64,000 bases of DNA from an uncultured Alphaproteobacteria bacterium. Lineage in GTDB: Bacteria; Pseudomonadota; Alphaproteobacteria; Sphingomonadales; Sphingomonadaceae. Positions 59,530 through 64,000 of this stretch are shown here, in pieces; position 1 is the stretch's first letter; each line of letters begins with the position of its first letter. Under the pieces are notes generated by a model. It was not told the DNA's origin. It saw only the letters and a list, made by a program, of their open reading frames with translations, and did not search any database. The stretch lies in assembly GCA_963732725.1 (NCBI GenBank), contig CAVTAQ010000007.1, forward strand, positions 209,402 to 273,401. The letters run 5' to 3'. The position numbers were made by a program, and so were the translations under genes.

Positions 59530-61068
59530 ATGACCAGCTCCGTCACGCACATATTCCGCCTGCTGCGCTGGGGCCGCACGCTTGCCCGGCACGGCGCGCT
59601 GCGTCTGCTGGAGGAGGGTTACGGCACGCCTCCGCCGATCCGCCGACTGTTTCGCCTTGCGCGCTTCGGCACCTTCCAGCCCCGCGAGCCGGATTACAGC
59701 CGCGCCTTCCAGGCGATCGGCCCGGCGGCCATCAAGCTGGGCCAGGCGCTGGCGACACGGCCCGATCTGGTGGGCGTCGATGCGGCGCGAAACTTGCTGG
59801 GCCTGCAGGACAGCCTGCCGCCCTCGCAATTCGGGCCGATCCGGCGCGAGATCGAAGCGAGCTTCGGCAAGTCTCTGGGCGAGATGTATGCCAGCATCGA
59901 GGAGACCCCGGTCGGCTCTGCCTCGATTGCGCAAGTCCACCGTGCGGTTACCGCAGAGGGGCGCACCGTTGCGGTCAAGGTGCTGCGTCCTGGCGTTCGC
60001 GCCAAGCTTGCCCGCGATATCGAAACCTATGAATGGGCCGCAGCCCATGTCGAGGCGCTGGGCGGCGAAGCGCAGCGGCTGCGTCCGCGCGCGGTGATCG
60101 CCAATTTCAAGCGCTGGACCGCGCGCGAGCTCGATCTCAGGCGCGAAGCGGCCTCGGCCTCGGAACTGGCCGATGCGGTCAAGGCCATCGACGGCTACCG
60201 GGTGCCCGCCATCGACTGGGATCGCACCAACGGCGCGGTCCTGACGATGGAATGGATCGACGGGATCAAGATTTCCGACCGCGAAGCGCTGATCGCTGCC
60301 GGGCACGATCTGCCCGATCTGGCGCGGCGGCTGGTGCTGGCCTTCCTCACCCAGGCGATCTCGGCCGGCTTCTTCCATGCCGACATGCATCACGGCAACC
60401 TGTTCGTGGAGCCGGACGGCACCATCGTCGCGATCGATTTCGGCATCATGGGCCGGATCGACCGGCGCGCGCGGCAGTGGCTTGCGGAGATTCTCTACGG
60501 GCTGACAACCGGTAACTATGCCCGCGTCGCCGAGATCCATTTCGAAGCGCAATATGTCCCCGCCCATCATTCGGTCGACGAATTCGCCACGGCCTTGCGC
60601 GCGGTGGGCGAGCCGATGCGCGGCAAGCCGGTCAGCGAACTTTCGGTCGGGCAGATGCTCGACGGGCTGTTCGCGATCACCCGCGATTTCGACATGCAGA
60701 CCCAGCCGCATCTGCTGCTGCTGCAAAAGACCATGGTGATGGTCGAGGGTCTTGCCACCGGGCTCGATCCGGAAATCAACATGTGGGACGTTTCCGGTCC
60801 CTTCGTCCATGCCTGGATTCGCGATGAACTGGGCCCCGAGGCGATGCTGGCAGACCGGCTCAGAAGTGACGGCGAGACCTTGCTGCGCCTGCCCGCGCTG
60901 ATCCGCCGGATCGAGGAGCGGTTCCCGGCAAAGGGCGGCGCGCCCGAGCAGCAGCCGCTGGCAGACATACCGCTGCTGTGGGAGCGCAAGCGCAAGTGGC
61001 CGGGTTATCTGCTCGCCGTTGCCGCGGGCGGCGTTCTGACTTGGCTGGCAATGCAGGCCGGATTGTAA
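59530..61068 (+). CDS. ubiB: UbiB ABC1 kinase-like protein
   Basis: IKLGQ, ASIAQVH, VAVKV, FFHAD, IDFG. Confidence 0.95.
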   Translation: MTSSVTHIFRLLRWGRTLARHGALRLLEEGYGTPPPIRRLFRLARFGTFQPREPDYSRAFQAIGPAAIKLGQALATRPDLVGVDAARNLLGLQDSLPPSQFGPIRREIEASFGKSLGEMYASIEETPVGSASIAQVHRAVTAEGRTVAVKVLRPGVRAKLARDIETYEWAAAHVEALGGEAQRLRPRAVIANFKRWTARELDLRREAASASELADAVKAIDGYRVPAIDWDRTNGAVLTMEWIDGIKISDREALIAAGHDLPDLARRLVLAFLTQAISAGFFHADMHHGNLFVEPDGTIVAIDFGIMGRIDRRARQWLAEILYGLTTGNYARVAEIHFEAQYVPAHHSVDEFATALRAVGEPMRGKPVSELSVGQMLDGLFAITRDFDMQTQPHLLLLQKTMVMVEGLATGLDPEINMWDVSGPFVHAWIRDELGPEAMLADRLRSDGETLLRLPALIRRIEERFPAKGGAPEQQPLADIPLLWERKRKWPGYLLAVAAGGVLTWLAMQAGL

Positions 61069-61133
61069 CGTGGGCGGAGGCTGGGAAAAATCCGGTAATT
61101 GCGTGGTAACCCAATCAGGGCAAAAGCCCGAAC

Positions 61134-62735
61134 ATGAGCGCACCGAAGATCCTGTTGATCGTTGGCGGCGGCATTGCCGCCTACAAGTCTTGCGAGCTGG
61201 TCCGCCAGATCCGCAAGGCCGGCGGCGAGGTGACCTGCGTGCTGACCGAAGGCGGCGCGAAGTTCGTCACGCCCATGGCGCTTGCCGCGCTCAGCGAGAA
61301 TCCGGTTCACACCTCCTTGTGGGATCTCAAGAACGAAGTCGAAATGGGCCACATCCAGCTCAGCCGCGAAGCGGACATGGTTGTGGTCTGTCCGGCAACG
61401 GCAAACATGATGGCCAAGATGGCCGCCGGAATTTCCGACGATCTGGCAACAACCCTGCTGCTGGCGACTGACAAGCCGGTGCTGGCGGTGCCCGCCATGA
61501 ATGTCAGGATGTGGCAGCACGCCGCGACCGTGGTCAACGTCGAGACCTTGCGGGCGGCGGGCGTCGTCGTGATGGACCCGGACGAAGGCGAAATGGCGTG
61601 CGGCGAATTCGGGCCGGGACGTCTGCCAGAGCCGAGCGCGATCTGGCGGCGGATTGCAGTGCACCTCGGCCTCGACCCCGGACCGGAAGAGGTGCCGCAA
61701 GCCTTGGCGGATGTGGCCGCGGAAGAAGCAGCCGATGATTCCGATCCCGGCCTTGGCGGCCTGTCGGGTTCGTTGATCGTGCGCAGCACCAAGTCGAAGA
61801 AGCGGCAAGACGAAGAGCCTGATCCTTTGCTGGCCGATGTTGTCGAGGCGCCGCCCGCTCCCGAAGAACCGCCGCCGCCGCTCGACCTGGGCGGACCGGT
61901 GCTTGCCCGCAAGGGCCGGGCAAAATCCGCCCCGCCGACCGATCCCGATGCCATCAACCACAAGGTCGTCGAAGGCGCGGCTCCGCCCGAACCGATCCCG
62001 GGCGATTCCCATGCCGGACCCACGCCTGATCCGTTGGCAGGCCAGCCCGATTTCGATCCAGGCAATTCCACGCTTCCTGCGCCTGGCGAAGGCAGGCTGA
62101 GCGGCAAGCATCTGCTGATCACTGCCGGGCCCACCCACGAGCCGATCGATCCGGTGCGCTACATCGCCAACCGGTCTTCGGGCAAACAGGGCTTCGCGAT
62201 TGCCCGCGCCGCCGCAGAGGCGGGCGCGCGGGTCACACTGATCTCGGGCCCTGTCGCGCTGCCTACGCCGCCGGGGGTTGACCGGATAGATGTCGAGACG
62301 GCCAGTGAAATGGCAGAAGCGGTCAAGAAGGCGCTGCCTGCCGATGCCGCGATCATGACCGCGGCGGTCGCCGACTGGCGGACCAAGGATGTGTCAGGCG
62401 AGAAGATCAAGAAGCGTGGCTCTGCCCCGCCGACGCTGATGCTTGCCGAGAACCCGGATATTCTGGCCACAGTCGCTTCGGGCAAGCATCGCCCCAAGCT
62501 GCTGATCGGTTTCGCAGCCGAGACCGAGAACCTGATCGACAACGCCAAGGACAAGCGCAAGCGCAAGGCCGTGGACTGGATCGTCGCCAACGATGTTTCG
62601 GGCAATGTGATGGGCGGCGATGCCAACACCGTCCATATCGTCACCTCCAAGGGTGTCGACAGCCTGCCAGAGATGACCAAGGACGAAGTTGCCCGCAGGC
62701 TGGTCGAAAGGATCGCCAATGCCTTCGCCAAATAG
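61134..62735 (+). CDS. coaBC: Bifunctional CoaBC with a long low-complexity linker
   Basis: [20 protein letters not shown]; [21 protein letters not shown]. Confidence 0.93.
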   Translation: MSAPKILLIVGGGIAAYKSCELVRQIRKAGGEVTCVLTEGGAKFVTPMALAALSENPVHTSLWDLKNEVEMGHIQLSREADMVVVCPATANMMAKMAAGISDDLATTLLLATDKPVLAVPAMNVRMWQHAATVVNVETLRAAGVVVMDPDEGEMACGEFGPGRLPEPSAIWRRIAVHLGLDPGPEEVPQALADVAAEEAADDSDPGLGGLSGSLIVRSTKSKKRQDEEPDPLLADVVEAPPAPEEPPPPLDLGGPVLARKGRAKSAPPTDPDAINHKVVEGAAPPEPIPGDSHAGPTPDPLAGQPDFDPGNSTLPAPGEGRLSGKHLLITAGPTHEPIDPVRYIANRSSGKQGFAIARAAAEAGARVTLISGPVALPTPPGVDRIDVETASEMAEAVKKALPADAAIMTAAVADWRTKDVSGEKIKKRGSAPPTLMLAENPDILATVASGKHRPKLLIGFAAETENLIDNAKDKRKRKAVDWIVANDVSGNVMGGDANTVHIVTSKGVDSLPEMTKDEVARRLVERIANAFAK

Positions 62736-63204
62736 CGCCGGGTCAAACAGCGTCGCGGTGGCTATCAAGCGGCTGCCGCACGGTGAGGGTCTGGCACTGC
62801 CCGCCTATGCCACGGACGGCGCGGCGGGGATGGACGTGCTTTCCGCCGAAGATGTGACGCTGGCCCCCGGTGCGCGCCACGGTGTTGCCACCGGCCTCGC
62901 CATGGCGATCCCGCCGGGTTACGAGATTCAGGTTCGTCCGCGCTCGGGCCTGGCGCTCAAGCACGGGATATCGGTGCCCAATACGCCTGGCACCATCGAT
63001 TCGGACTATCGCGGCGAGCTCAAGGTGATCCTGATCAACCACGGGGCAGAGCCGTTTGCCGTGCATCGCGGCGACAGGATCGCGCAGCTGGTGCTGGCGC
63101 CGGTCACCCAGGCAGCATGGCACGAGGTAGCGGAACTGGACGAGACCGGGCGGGGCGAGGGCGGTTTCGGATCGACCGGCGGTGTGATCTCATTGGCCAA
63201 ATAA
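62719..63204 (+). CDS. dut: dUTPase
   Basis: [33 protein letters not shown]. Confidence 0.97.
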   Translation: MPSPNSAGSNSVAVAIKRLPHGEGLALPAYATDGAAGMDVLSAEDVTLAPGARHGVATGLAMAIPPGYEIQVRPRSGLALKHGISVPNTPGTIDSDYRGELKVILINHGAEPFAVHRGDRIAQLVLAPVTQAAWHEVAELDETGRGEGGFGSTGGVISLAK

Positions 63205-63233
63205 AAGGACGGGCCCGTTACGGACCCGCCCTT
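63204..63233 (-). terminator. Intrinsic terminator between convergent dut and DUF4136 genes
   Basis: Minus strand AAGGGCGGGTCCG-taa-CGGGCCCGTCCTTTT. Confidence 0.65.
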
Positions 63234-63253
63234 CCCATATTTCCAAACTGATT

Positions 63254-63948
63254 TCAGTTGCCGCTGCGGGCGGTCTTCTTCTCTGGCGCAACCGTGATCC
63301 GCAGTGTCTCGCCCGAATTGCCCGGGAAACCGGTGAACATCGCCTCGACCAGATTGGGCACCAGATATTGCAGGCGGTTCGACAGCGATGCCGCCTCGGC
63401 CTTGCCTTCGAACAGGCGAACGCCATCGGCCTTGCGGTCAATCTTCATCTCGATGCCGCTGGTATAGACGGTGTAGCTTTCATAGCTGCTGTCCATCCAC
63501 GGATCGTGCCAGCCATAGCCCCAGTAGCCGTGCGGGTAGAACCCGCGGCGGTGGCCGCCCCAATAGCCGACCCGGCCATAGCCGTGCCACGGACCCCAGA
63601 ACGGATCGTGGTGGAAAAGCCGGTCGAACGCACGCGCTCGCGGCCCTTGTCGACCCCGTAGTCAAAGCGCACCAGCAAGGTCGCGGTCTCGGGGCTGGCG
63701 GCAGGCGTATAGCCCTGCTGCGCCATCCTGGCCTCGACCAGCCGGGCATACTGCGAAAATTCGAGGCCGCCAGCCAGGGCCGCATCATCGGCAACCACGG
63801 CAAAGGTCTGCCCGCTCGGCGCAGGCAGCTGCGACTGGAAGCGAGAGACATTGGCGTTGAAATTCTGCGCGCAGGCAGCAAGCCCCAGCATCAGCGCGGC
63901 GGCAGCGGCCAGCCGGATGCGGGAAAAAGAAGCGGTGCGGGTCAACAT
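63254..63948 (-). CDS. DUF4136-like lipoprotein (frameshift at about 63615)
   Basis: Lipobox LAAC, VSRF, G/W/Y-rich middle, LFEGKAEA...MFTGFPG. Confidence 0.75.
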
Positions 63949-64000
63949 GATGCAGGCTCCACCAAACGAACGGGGGCCGAATCGCGCGATTGCGATTTTC

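Overview
GC-rich alphaproteobacterial chromosome, most consistent with a Sphingomonadales genome (Novosphingobium/Erythrobacter-like). The backbone is core housekeeping: tRNA-Met, acpP-fabF-mltG, aspS/rnd, purC, ahcY-divL-tsaE-amgK-murU-addB-addA-trxA, nth-dapB, cobB, moeB-like, dnaA-rpsT-mutM, ubiE-ubiB-coaBC-dut. Stand-alone catabolic genes (P450, SnoaL, TauD, two LLM monooxygenases, ICL/PEP-mutase-like, thiolase-like+DUF35, CMD) and small accessory islets are scattered through it. The best candidate for an uncharacterised system is a minus-strand cassette at about 42.6-44.8 kb: palindromic operator, an internally deleted RelE/Gp49 toxin, an XRE antitoxin, then Nmad3-like and Nmad2-like genes (predicted nucleotide-modification domains), ending at a tyrosine-integrase remnant. 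Also notable: an orphan bufferin-type precursor (DUF2282) behind an exact sigmaF-type promoter, two orphan antitoxins, and two families of palindromic elements. Many genes, including core ones, carry single-base frameshifts that are most likely sequencing/assembly errors. No CRISPR array or rRNA seen. Family assignments are from recognised motifs; no searches were run.
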